This document shows, piece after piece, positions 1 through 7,817 of a stretch of 12,005 bases of DNA. The notes under the pieces are model-generated. The model did not search any database and was not told the DNA's origin. It was given only the letters and a program-made list of their open reading frames with translations. Made by a program: the position numbers and the translations under genes. The stretch's first letter is position 1. The number at the start of each line of letters is the position of its first letter. This DNA comes from a virus. Location: the IMG/VR virus record IMGVR_UViG_3300032038_001457, positions 1-12,005 of that record; one strand, written 5' to 3'.

Positions 1-1434
1 TAATTCTCCAGTATTAGAAATATATTCTGATGTAATTGTTTCTCCATTATAGCTTTCTATTCTTACAATAGGATGATGTTCATACCATTTATTATTTTTC
101 TTTATAAATGTATCTCTTATATCTCCAATAGCTCTCATTGGCTGTTGCGTTGGTATTGTGTATGATTGAGATTGATGTTCTTCATATGCTGTTGCTGTTG
201 AGCCTTCTTCTAGTTGAATTGTTGAAATATTATAATCTGCTGTTATCCAAGTAAATCTTACATATTCACAATTGCTCGGTGTAGTAAAATAATTATTTAA
301 TTTTTCTCCACTTATATGGTTTTTGTCTTTATCATAATAAACAACTCCGAAATTAGTACTTGAATATGCAATTCCTAAGAAATAAGTTGTTGAAGACTTA
401 ACCTTACAATAATCACTTGTTGAATAAGTACTATATGCTGATGTTGTTAGTATATTACCCGTATTTCTTTGTATTGCTGTTCCTGTCAAAACACTCTCTT
501 TATCAAACAAATTCTTATTACATATAACTTCATTTATACTTCCATTATCCCCACAACTCTCAACTTCACTTGGATAGTCTGGGCTTGGACTTGCTCCGTA
601 TTGTTCAAAATCTGTATCTGTTCCTTCAACCAGCATTACATTTTTAATAGTTAATATTGCTTCTTTTCCACTCTCGGTTGAACCATTGTTATCAAATCTT
701 ATTTGTGATAAAGATTTATAATCAGCAGTTGCATCAGTTGTAAATGTATATGTATATTTTTGAAATTCTTTAGTTAAATCAATTGTTTTTGACCTTATTC
801 CTGATGCATTATATCCAATAAACAATACCTCAAAACTTTTTACATAGTCATTCTTTTTTGCTTCAAAAGATATAGTGTATTGAGTGTTGTTTTTTATAAT
901 ACCATTACCTATTCTATATGTTATAAAACTTTCAGTAGTATTAGTAGTTTTTCTTGTCATTGTATATGTTTCTTTATCAAATGTTGAATACGAAGACCAA
1001 TAACAATCATCTCCAACATTTATGTTTTCATTTCTAATTAAATTCTTACCACTTCTTGTCTCTTGCTTACTATTACCACTTATCTTTAACTCACATCGCA
1101 TTTCTGCACTGTCATTTAGGTCTATGCTTTCTCCTGATGCTTGTCCTTTTGGTAGTCCGTTTAGGTCTTGTCTTAATTGTTTGTTCTCTTCTTTTACTTG
1201 TTCTAATTCTGTAAACATAGTATCAGCTAATTGATGCATATCTATTACTTGCTCAGATAAAGTATTCATCAGTGGTGTTACTTGTTCAATAAATTGACTT
1301 GTATCATTGTTAAAACTCTTAATACTACCAATTTGCTGATCAACACTCTCTGCAAGTTTTTTCATATCATCTAGAATTTCTGCTGTGCTATTTTCATCAT
1401 CATTATAATAAATATCATTATATGTACGAGCCAT
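1..1434 (-). CDS. Phage tail fibre / minor structural protein, N-terminal 478 aa (runs off the window at position 1)
   Basis: Hand-translated from ATG at 1434: MARTYNDIYYNDENSTAEILDDMKKLAESVDQQIGSIKSFNNDTSQFIEQVTPLMNTLSEQVIDMHQLADTMFTELEQVKEENKQLRQDLNGLPKGQASGESIDLNDSAEMRCELKISGNSKQ...IRDTFIKKNNKWYEHHPIVRIESYNGETITSEYISNTGEL, open to the window edge. Strong Shine-Dalgarno AAAGGAGG upstream. N-terminal coiled coil followed by a beta-rich region, located downstream of the baseplate genes. Missing from the supplied ORF track. Confidence 0.8.
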   Translation of the reverse strand, partial: MARTYNDIYYNDDENSTAEILDDMKKLAESVDQQIGSIKSFNNDTSQFIEQVTPLMNTLSEQVIDMHQLADTMFTELEQVKEENKQLRQDLNGLPKGQASGESIDLNDSAEMRCELKISGNSKQETRSGKNLIRNENINVGDDCYWSSYSTFDKETYTMTRKTTNTTESFITYRIGNGIIKNNTQYTISFEAKKNDYVKSFEVLFIGYNASGIRSKTIDLTKEFQKYTYTFTTDATADYKSLSQIRFDNNGSTESGKEAILTIKNVMLVEGTDTDFEQYGASPSPDYPSEVESCGDNGSINEVICNKNLFDKESVLTGTAIQRNTGNILTTSAYSTYSTSDYCKVKSSTTYFLGIAYSSTNFGVVYYDKDKNHISGEKLNNYFTTPSNCEYVRFTWITADYNISTIQLEEGSTATAYEEHQSQSYTIPTQQPMRAIGDIRDTFIKKNNKWYEHHPIVRIESYNGETITSEYISNTGEL

Positions 1435-1438
1435 AATT

Positions 1439-1603
1439 TCAGCCTCCTTTTATATCTTTGTATTTATAGTTTTTGTAGTAACTATAATTTTTATTTTTCA
1501 TTTCTTTATAAGTTAAATATCTTATTGCTTTTATTTTCAAAACAAACTTAGAGCCAGTTTCAACTCTTGCTGGCTCTGTAATAACTTCAATTATTTTATT
1601 CAT
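1439..1603 (-). CDS. Small phage protein, 54 aa, unknown function
   Basis: Hand-translated: MNKIIEVITEPARVETGSKFVLKIKAIRYLTYKEMKNKNYSYYKNYKYKDIKGG*. AGGTG Shine-Dalgarno upstream; the stop codon lies next to the SD of the following gene. It fills the gap between two tail genes. Resembles small proteins often found beside fibre genes in Firmicutes prophages. Confidence 0.7.
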   Translation of the reverse strand: MNKIIEVITEPARVETGSKFVLKIKAIRYLTYKEMKNKNYSYYKNYKYKDIKGG

Positions 1604-1611
1604 ATTATCAC

Positions 1612-2517
1612 CTAATATCTCATAAGTACAATTTTATATTTTGCATTATATGAATCTTGTCCACCATTTATGCCATATATTCCTTGTACTTCAATTCTAA
1701 TTCTATTATCATTTGTAAACGTTACACTTTTACCCATGTTCATACTCCAACATGGATAGTCCATATTTGTATCTTTATATGTTCCAAACGAATAGCTTTC
1801 ATTTGCAATATTTCCATTATTATTTAATAATCCAAACGATAGTACTACACAATTATTTCTACTAAATCCAAGCGGAAAATCTATTACTTTACTACCTGTC
1901 AAAACAGTTTTATTATCTGCAGATTCATTTATTGTAATGTTTCCTTCTAATACTGAAATATTATTTTTTACTACATATGCACTTCCGTCCTCAACTGAAA
2001 GTAACTCTGTTTTTATTTGATTTATAATAGTTTGACACTCTGATTTTACTTGATTGTATATTCCATTGAAATTTAAAAATTTTCTTGTATCTTTAAAATC
2101 AGCTATTCCACTTGCAGTCGTTCTAAATCTTGCAAATTCTAATTGATATATATTGCTAGTTCCATTGTATTTATTAATGTCTTGTTGTGTAACAGCTGAG
2201 TATCCTGTACTAGATGTTAATAATTTAAAAGAGACTTGACTAAATGTATCTTTTGTAGATTCTTTAGACAAGTCAATTTCTAAAACAAGTACACAATATA
2301 AACTATCTGTTCCAGCTGTAATTGTTTCACTATTAATAACTGCAACTGGTCTTCCTGCTATTTCGCATAATCCTTCTGAAATTGTTATTGAATTAGTAGT
2401 TTTACTTAAATTCATTCCATAAAAAATTCCATCATTTTTATTTAAAAACTCTTGATGTATTCTTGCATCTACTTCTGCATTTGCAAGTTGATTTGTAAAT
2501 CTAAAACCTTTTATCAT
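1612..2517 (-). CDS. Baseplate/fibre-like structural protein
   Basis: Intact 301 aa ORF in the baseplate/fibre position directly after the hub-like gene. N-terminal segment MIKGFRFTNQLANAEVDARIHQEFL..GIFYGMNLSKTTNSITISEGLCEIAGRPV resembles baseplate upper-protein-like N-termini. Confidence 0.6.
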   Translation of the reverse strand: MIKGFRFTNQLANAEVDARIHQEFLNKNDGIFYGMNLSKTTNSITISEGLCEIAGRPVAVINSETITAGTDSLYCVLVLEIDLSKESTKDTFSQVSFKLLTSSTGYSAVTQQDINKYNGTSNIYQLEFARFRTTASGIADFKDTRKFLNFNGIYNQVKSECQTIINQIKTELLSVEDGSAYVVKNNISVLEGNITINESADNKTVLTGSKVIDFPLGFSRNNCVVLSFGLLNNNGNIANESYSFGTYKDTNMDYPCWSMNMGKSVTFTNDNRIRIEVQGIYGINGGQDSYNAKYKIVLMRY

Positions 2518-2518
2518 T

Positions 2519-3754
2519 TTATTTATTCCTTTCCTTTAATAATTTATCTATAAAGTTAATTCTCATATTTCCACAAGTTATATTTATAAAACTATTTCCT
2601 TTATCTGTAATAGCTGAAATATAAGTATTTAATATAACATTGTTATTTGTTCTAACATTTATTGGAGTACCAATTTTTAATTTGCTAACATCAAATAATT
2701 TACTATTTCTGTTTATATCAAATGAAATATAGTGATTATATGTATTTGATTTAAACTTGTCTAATGCTGTCTGTTTTGCATCTTCTGATTTTGATGTGTA
2801 TACTGTTTCAACTTCTCCTGATGCTCTATCAGTATTATCTTTATCTTGTGTTGTTGTTCTATCACTTAGTAAATACCACTTTTGAACATCTGTATCTGTT
2901 TTTACAATTACTTTTGCTATAACACTTGTTTCGAATTTTTCAGTATAATTACTTATATCTGGTACTGTTGTATCTATTAATTGTGTTTCACTTTCTTGTT
3001 TATAGATTGTTAATTTTATTCTTTTATTCACATAAGAAAAATCTAAAATTATATTATAGTTTTGGCTACAATTTGTTACGAATGTATGAAAATTATATAT
3101 GCCATTATTGTTATCTACGGATTTTGTTATTTTTGTATGTGTTTTAACTTCTACATCTAACCAATTAATATTTAATAATGTATCATCTGAATTAGTAAAA
3201 TTATCATATATTTCCTTTGCTATGAAATCTTCTATTCCTGTTGAACTAATTAAACTTTCATTTTCTAGTATAATATTTCTATCAAAAATATTAGAAATAT
3301 ATTCTAATGTAATTTTTCTTTTTATCTCACCATCTTCATTTTCTATATCCTTTATTATTCCAATGTAATCTATATTTTCATTTCTTTGTAAAACAACTAT
3401 ATCATCATTATTAGCATTAATTTTTTTCATAACTTCGAATATTGTATTTTTATTTGTTTCTTCATCTATGACATATTCATAATTTTCAAATTCTATAACG
3501 TCTTTGATTTCTAAATCTGATTTGTCTAAAAAATATACCAAAGTTTCTTCTGATTTATTTTTGTTCTTTTCTTTTGCCCATATTTGAATCTTTTTTGTTT
3601 CATTATCTATATTTTTCAATAAATCTTCAAATGTTATTTCTGCATTGTATACTCCACCTGTTTTTGGTGCTTCTATTTCTATTTCATAAAATCCACTTTG
3701 TGAATTATAAATTAACTCATATTCTTTGCCATTAAAACTTGCTTTTACACCCAT
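2519..3754 (-). CDS. Tail-associated protein / baseplate hub-like (Tal-like)
   Basis: Intact 411 aa ORF immediately downstream of the Dit-like gene. Beta-rich sequence with a YISNIFDRN.. segment and the conserved-looking tail LFDVSKLKIGTPINVRTNNNVILNTYISAITDKG. Assigned mostly by synteny. Confidence 0.65.
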   Translation of the reverse strand: MGVKASFNGKEYELIYNSQSGFYEIEIEAPKTGGVYNAEITFEDLLKNIDNETKKIQIWAKEKNKNKSEETLVYFLDKSDLEIKDVIEFENYEYVIDEETNKNTIFEVMKKINANNDDIVVLQRNENIDYIGIIKDIENEDGEIKRKITLEYISNIFDRNIILENESLISSTGIEDFIAKEIYDNFTNSDDTLLNINWLDVEVKTHTKITKSVDNNNGIYNFHTFVTNCSQNYNIILDFSYVNKRIKLTIYKQESETQLIDTTVPDISNYTEKFETSVIAKVIVKTDTDVQKWYLLSDRTTTQDKDNTDRASGEVETVYTSKSEDAKQTALDKFKSNTYNHYISFDINRNSKLFDVSKLKIGTPINVRTNNNVILNTYISAITDKGNSFINITCGNMRINFIDKLLKERNK

Positions 3755-3757
3755 ATA

Positions 3758-4610
3758 CTACACCGCCTTGTATTGTGGAAAAATTGTCAATTTAGCATTT
3801 AATACATCATCATCAGCTGTTAATCTTATTTCAGATGTTCCGAAGTGGTAATTTAAAAATATTTTGCTTTGTTATATCTATATATGCTTGTTTCCATAGA
3901 TTTTCTTTTGTTCCATCTCTATTTTGTTTTTGAATATATATATCACCAGTCTTACTTGAATATAATAATTTTTCATATTCATTTATTGTTATTGGAATTT
4001 TTATACTTGCATATTCTTCTTTATCTACTAAAATAGAGATAGTTGGATTTTGTACGAATCCATCTATCTCTACTTGAATTGGTGCTTCAATATGCCCTTT
4101 GTTATCAAATTGAATTGCTCTTGAATTATAGTCTATATATCTACTATTCCATGTATATGGATATCTCATTTCATCTTCATATGTTTCTATTTTAAATATT
4201 GTTTCATTTTGCTCGTACCATAGAGACTTGCTCGCAAATTCAATAGGACAAGCAAGCCATTTTCCTGTTTTTTCTGTTTTATCAAGCTTTTTTAAAGTAA
4301 TATCTCGATAATATGTCTTTTCCCCATTTTCAAAAGGAATAATGTATATCCATTTTATATTATCAGAACTTTCTATATAATCTATAAATTCTTTTACTTT
4401 ATCATAAGATTTAAAATAAGCTGTTCCATTTGGATTCTTTTGTTCTATTTTTCTGTTATTTTCAATAAAATCAAATCCTAACTGTGAAAAATTTATATTA
4501 TATGAATATCCTAAGTTAGATGGAGATATTAGAAAACAGCCCTCTTCTAAATTATCTAGTCTAAATTGTTGTCCTTTTTCATTTTCTAATAAAAATTTTC
4601 TTACTTTCAT
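3758..4610 (-). CDS. Distal tail protein (Dit-like); C-terminus requires a +1 frame change near 3842
   Basis: ORF 3831-4610 (MKVRKFLLENEKGQQFRLDN..) stops early at ..IFKLPLRNI*. Skipping one C (3842) gives ..FKLPL-GTSEIRLTADDDVLNAKLTIFPQYKAV*, ending at 3758, 3 nt before the next gene's ATG at 3754. Position between TMP and Tal fits Dit. Frame-corrected length 283 aa. Confidence 0.75.
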
Positions 4611-4621
4611 TTTCTCATCTC

Positions 4622-6823
4622 CTAATATATTTCTCCTAATCGATTATTTACTGATGTAATTATAAATCTTCCAGCTACATCTTTATCAATTATTATCTGA
4701 GCATTCAAATTTTTAACAGCTGATATAAAAGCATTTGTTAAATTATCCAAACTCAACTGATTTACATTATCTGTTCTTTTCATCGTAGATGTAACATCAA
4801 ATTCAGTTGGAATTGATGCTGACATTTCATCAGATACATTTTTCATTGTATTTTTAAATCCTTCTCCAACTCCTAATGCTAAGTTGGTTCCGATTTCATC
4901 TTTAAAAACCTTTGAAGGTGAATGTATTCCAAAAAAGCCTTTGATTCCACTTAATATGTTTCCACACCATTCTTTAACTTTGTCCAACAACCAGTTTTTT
5001 GCATTTTTTATTCCTTCCCAAATACCAGATACAAGATTTTTTCCAACTTCATGCATATTAGAGAAATAATTTGCAAAACCATGTACTAATGAACTTATGA
5101 TTTGAGGAATTTTGCTAATTAGCTGAGGAATAGCTTTTATTAGTCCTTCTGCAAGTTTTATTGTAAGTGTAATACCTGCTTGTACCAATTTGGGTACATT
5201 GTTTGATATTGCCATATATAATTTATCAATAATTTCTGGTATTTTATCAATCAACTGTGGTAATGCATTTATTAATCCTTCTGCCAAACCTATTAGCAAT
5301 TGTATTCCTGCGTCAATTATCATATCTATATTATCTAATAATGTATCTACAATTAAAATTACAGCATCTATCATTTGTGGTATTAAAGTTGGTAATTGTT
5401 GTGCTATACCTTGAACTAATGATACAATTAATTGTATACCCATTTCTATTATTTGTGGTAACATATCAAGTAATGTTGTTAATAATGTACTTATTATTTG
5501 ATTAGCTCCTTGCATAATTGCAGGCAAATTAGCCATTATTCCTTCCATTAATGTGTTTAAAATTTGTACTCCTGAATCTAATAACATTGGAAGATTTTCG
5601 TTTATTTGTTCTATAATTTGTGGTAAAACTGATACTATTCCACTTGCTATTTCTTGAACTCTTGGTAAAATATTTTGCGCAGCTGTTATAACACTATTTG
5701 CTAAATTATTTACTAAATTCCCCATATTTTCTGTATTGCCTGTTGCTATTCCAGTTAATATATTTTGCCAAGCTGATTTCATTGCTGATACAGAACCCTG
5801 AATTGTAGTACTTGCTTCTTTAGCTGTTGTTCCTGTTATACCTAATTCTCCTTGTATTACGTGAATTGCCTGATACACATCATTTAAGTTATTAATATCA
5901 TACTTAATTCCAGTTACTTTTTCTGCATCTGCAAGTAATCTTTGCATTTCAGTTTTTGTTCCACCATATCCAAGTTTTAAGTTATCTAACATAGTATAAT
6001 TTTGTTTAGCAAAACCTTGATATGCATTTTGTATCATTGACATGTCTGTACCCATTTTGTTGGCGTTATCAGACATATCAGTAATAGCCATATCTGCAAC
6101 TTGTGCTGTTTTTGCAGTATCATTATTTAAACTTTGCAATAAACTAGCTGAAAAAGATGTTACAGTATTCATATAATCATTTGCTGATAGTCCAGCAGTT
6201 TTATAAGCATTATTTGCATAATTTTCAACTGTTTCAGCATTATCTTTAAATAATGTTTCAACACCACCTACAAGTTGTTCATAATCTGCATAACTATTTA
6301 ATGCTTCTTTACCAACATTAAGTATAGTAGACCCTACTTCTTTTACTGCACTTACCAGTTTTTTTAATCCACCAGTTATTACATTTCCCAATACATTTGC
6401 TTTGAGAATATCTCCAAATTTTAACGCACTATTTCCTGCATCATCAAAATTGTCTTCAGTATCATTTAAAGATTTTTCGTTTTCCTCTAATTCGCTATTC
6501 AATTTATTTAAATCTGCTTTTGCCAAATTTAATTTGCTTTGCCAATTTGCTACTTCTCTACTATTATCCCCATATTCTTTTCTGGCTAATTTAAGTCCTT
6601 CTTGTAAACCTAATATAGTTTGAACTTGTTGGTCTATTTGCTTATTTAAATTTTTACTTTTATTTTTTGAGTTTTCCACAGCATTATCGCTTTTTGAAAA
6701 CTCACTAGCAGTTAATTTTATTTCGCTTGACATCACTTTTAAATTATTAGTTATATCTTTAAGTGCTTTTTTATACTCAGTTTCACCTTTTAATTTGACT
6801 GTTCCTCCAAAACTTGATGACAT
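4622..6823 (-). CDS. Tail tape measure protein
   Basis: 733 aa. N-terminal coiled coil, central hydrophobic amphipathic repeats (LPQIIEMGIQLIVSLVQGIAQQLPTLIPQMI..), and C-terminal SGIKGFFGIHSPSKVFKDEIGTNLALGVGEGF motif typical of phage tape measures. Confidence 0.95.
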   Translation of the reverse strand: MSSSFGGTVKLKGETEYKKALKDITNNLKVMSSEIKLTASEFSKSDNAVENSKNKSKNLNKQIDQQVQTILGLQEGLKLARKEYGDNSREVANWQSKLNLAKADLNKLNSELEENEKSLNDTEDNFDDAGNSALKFGDILKANVLGNVITGGLKKLVSAVKEVGSTILNVGKEALNSYADYEQLVGGVETLFKDNAETVENYANNAYKTAGLSANDYMNTVTSFSASLLQSLNNDTAKTAQVADMAITDMSDNANKMGTDMSMIQNAYQGFAKQNYTMLDNLKLGYGGTKTEMQRLLADAEKVTGIKYDINNLNDVYQAIHVIQGELGITGTTAKEASTTIQGSVSAMKSAWQNILTGIATGNTENMGNLVNNLANSVITAAQNILPRVQEIASGIVSVLPQIIEQINENLPMLLDSGVQILNTLMEGIMANLPAIMQGANQIISTLLTTLLDMLPQIIEMGIQLIVSLVQGIAQQLPTLIPQMIDAVILIVDTLLDNIDMIIDAGIQLLIGLAEGLINALPQLIDKIPEIIDKLYMAISNNVPKLVQAGITLTIKLAEGLIKAIPQLISKIPQIISSLVHGFANYFSNMHEVGKNLVSGIWEGIKNAKNWLLDKVKEWCGNILSGIKGFFGIHSPSKVFKDEIGTNLALGVGEGFKNTMKNVSDEMSASIPTEFDVTSTMKRTDNVNQLSLDNLTNAFISAVKNLNAQIIIDKDVAGRFIITSVNNRLGEIY

Positions 6824-6830
6824 ATTTTCA

Positions 6831-6864
6831 CCTTCTTTATTAAAATCTATATAATAAAGAAAGG
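6831..6864 (-). promoter_or_regulatory. mRNA hairpin sequestering the tape-measure gene Shine-Dalgarno
   Basis: Minus-strand arms TTCTTTATTA / TAATAAAGAA (6852-6861 with 6833-6842, 10 bp perfect, 9-nt loop), extended by CC/GG across a single bulged T. The 3' arm contains the SD (AGAAGG) 7 nt before the TMP ATG at 6823. Confidence 0.6.
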
Positions 6865-6874
6865 TATCGGGTAA

Positions 6875-7024
6875 CTACTTCACTAACTCTGTATGTGCGT
6901 GTTCCTCACTCTTTTCTTTTTGTATTCGTATTCTGTTTTTGCATCTTGTGCATTTTATTTCTCCATCAATGTGATTTATAAAAATCAGAGTTTGACCACA
7001 TTGTGGGCATTTAATCTTTTCCAT
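6875..7024 (-). CDS. Com-like small zinc-finger protein (49 aa; alternative in-frame start at 7036 gives 53 aa)
   Basis: Hand-translated: MEKIKCPQCGQTLIFINHIDGEIKCTRCKNRIRIQKEKSEEHAHTELVK*. Spacing and motif CxxCxxxL....IxIKCxRCK match the phage Mu Com family (Mu Com: IRCKNCNKLLFKA...IEIRCPRCK). The 7036 start overlaps the chaperone extension stop, with GGAG upstream. Missing from the ORF track. Confidence 0.8.
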   Translation of the reverse strand: MEKIKCPQCGQTLIFINHIDGEIKCTRCKNRIRIQKEKSEEHAHTELVK

Positions 7025-7028
7025 TTTG

Positions 7029-7609
7029 TTATTCATCACTAAATAATTCTCCTTGATGATTTATTTTTTCTTCTAATTCTGCGTATGTTATTTGTTTTAA
7101 TTTAAAATCATAATTATTTTTATAATGTTCATATAAGCTTAATAGTTTTTTTAAAGTCATTCTGCCAACTTCTTTTTCACTAAAGCCTAATAAACAATGT
7201 CCTATAAATAGCAACCACGAGAAATCAATAATAAATTCTTCATCCTCGTGGATTACACGTTTTTTTCTTCTTCATTTTCTTTTTTAGTTGAATCAATTAC
7301 TGTTTCTTGTACTTTTTCTGTCATTTTACTCATTCCTATTTCTGTAATAATTCTTCCAATTTGTTTTTCTGTTAAAAATTCTCTTTTTATTTCTGCTGTT
7401 TCGTTTTCAATATCAATTCCTTCATTTATCATTTCTGTTATTCCAAATTTTAAAGCGCCAATATTTACTTCATTTTCTTTTCCTTCTGTCATTTCTCCCC
7501 ATTTTTCATATGAGCCATATTTTTCTTGTATTTTTTCTATTACATTCATATTAAATACAAGAGGATAATCAATTCCTTTATAATTTATATGCTTTGTAGT
7601 ATCTTGCAT
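7029..7609 (-). CDS. Tail assembly chaperone long form (gpG-gpT-like), made by -1 programmed ribosomal frameshift
   Basis: Short frame ..KKENEEEKNV* (to 7253) and downstream -1 frame RVIHEDEEFIIDFSWLLFIGHCLLGFSEKEVGRMTLKKLLSLYEHYKNNYDF...GELFSDE*. They join at the heptamer A_AAA_AAC (7259-7265). Predicted fusion 193 aa. Confidence 0.88.
7215..7265 (-). promoter_or_regulatory. -1 frameshift signal: slippery heptamer AAAAAAC plus downstream stem
   Basis: In-frame GAA AAA AAC (heptamer 7259-7265), 7-nt spacer GTGTAAT, then perfect inverted repeat CCACGAG (7245-7251) / CTCGTGG (7215-7221). The stem extends inward by a G-U and an A-U pair. Confidence 0.85.
7253..7609 (-). CDS. Tail assembly chaperone short form (gpG-like), 118 aa
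   Basis: MQDTTKHINYKGIDYPLVFNMNVIEKIQEKYGSYEKWGEMTEG.. between the tail tube and TMP genes. The ATG at 7609 preceded by GGAGG is better supported than the TTG start at 7639 in the track. Confidence 0.88.
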   Translation of the reverse strand: MQDTTKHINYKGIDYPLVFNMNVIEKIQEKYGSYEKWGEMTEGKENEVNIGALKFGITEMINEGIDIENETAEIKREFLTEKQIGRIITEIGMSKMTEKVQETVIDSTKKENEEEKNV

Positions 7610-7628
7610 CTTTACCTCCATCTTAAAA

Positions 7629-7659
7629 GAAGAAAGCAAACTATTTGTCTGCCTTCTTC
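7629..7659 (-). terminator. Terminator-like hairpin between the tail tube block and the tail assembly chaperone gene
   Basis: Minus strand GAAGAAGGCAGAC-AAATA-GTTTGCTTTCTTC then TTTT: 13 bp stem including two G-U pairs, 5-nt loop, short U tract. It immediately precedes the chaperone ribosome binding site. Confidence 0.6.
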
Positions 7660-7802
7660 TTATTTTCTTTTATTTTTTCAACATAATTATGTTCTTGATT
7701 TATTTCCTTAAATCTATTTTCATCAATATTGATTTCATCATTGATTTTATATACTTTATTTGTATATTTATCTCTAAATATTTCTATTACTTTTACTTTC
7801 AT
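7641..7802 (-). CDS. Small phage protein, 53 aa, between major tail protein and chaperone
   Basis: Hand-translated: MKVKVIEIFRDKYTNKVYKINDEINIDENRFKEINQEHNYVEKIKENKKKADK*. GGAG ribosome binding site upstream. Matches the small 'MKVK..FRDKYT.K.Y..' type ORF common in this genomic position. Missing from the ORF track. Confidence 0.75.
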   Translation of the reverse strand: MKVKVIEIFRDKYTNKVYKINDEINIDENRFKEINQEHNYVEKIKENKKKADK

Positions 7803-7817
7803 ATATTTTCTCCTTTA

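Noticed and set aside
469-1234. Plus-strand ORFs 469-654 and 1022-1234
   Set aside because: They lie antisense within the intact fibre reading frame 1-1434 (minus strand). Their compositions are F/L/S-rich as expected of antisense frames, with no recognisable motifs or convincing gene context.
2926-3368. Minus/plus track ORFs 2926-3147 and 3099-3368
   Set aside because: Both are shadow ORFs inside the 2519-3754 structural gene, with low-complexity hydrophobic translations.
4884-6623. Plus-strand ORFs within the tape measure gene (4884-5069, 5190-5414, 5257-5505, 6402-6623)
   Set aside because: Antisense to a confidently identified TMP. Their hydrophobic translations follow from the codon pattern of the opposite strand.
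7029-7214. ORF 7029-7214 as an independent gene
   Set aside because: Its ATT/TTG-type start has no ribosome binding site. The frame is open upstream to the slippery heptamer, so it is the C-terminal extension of the chaperone fusion.
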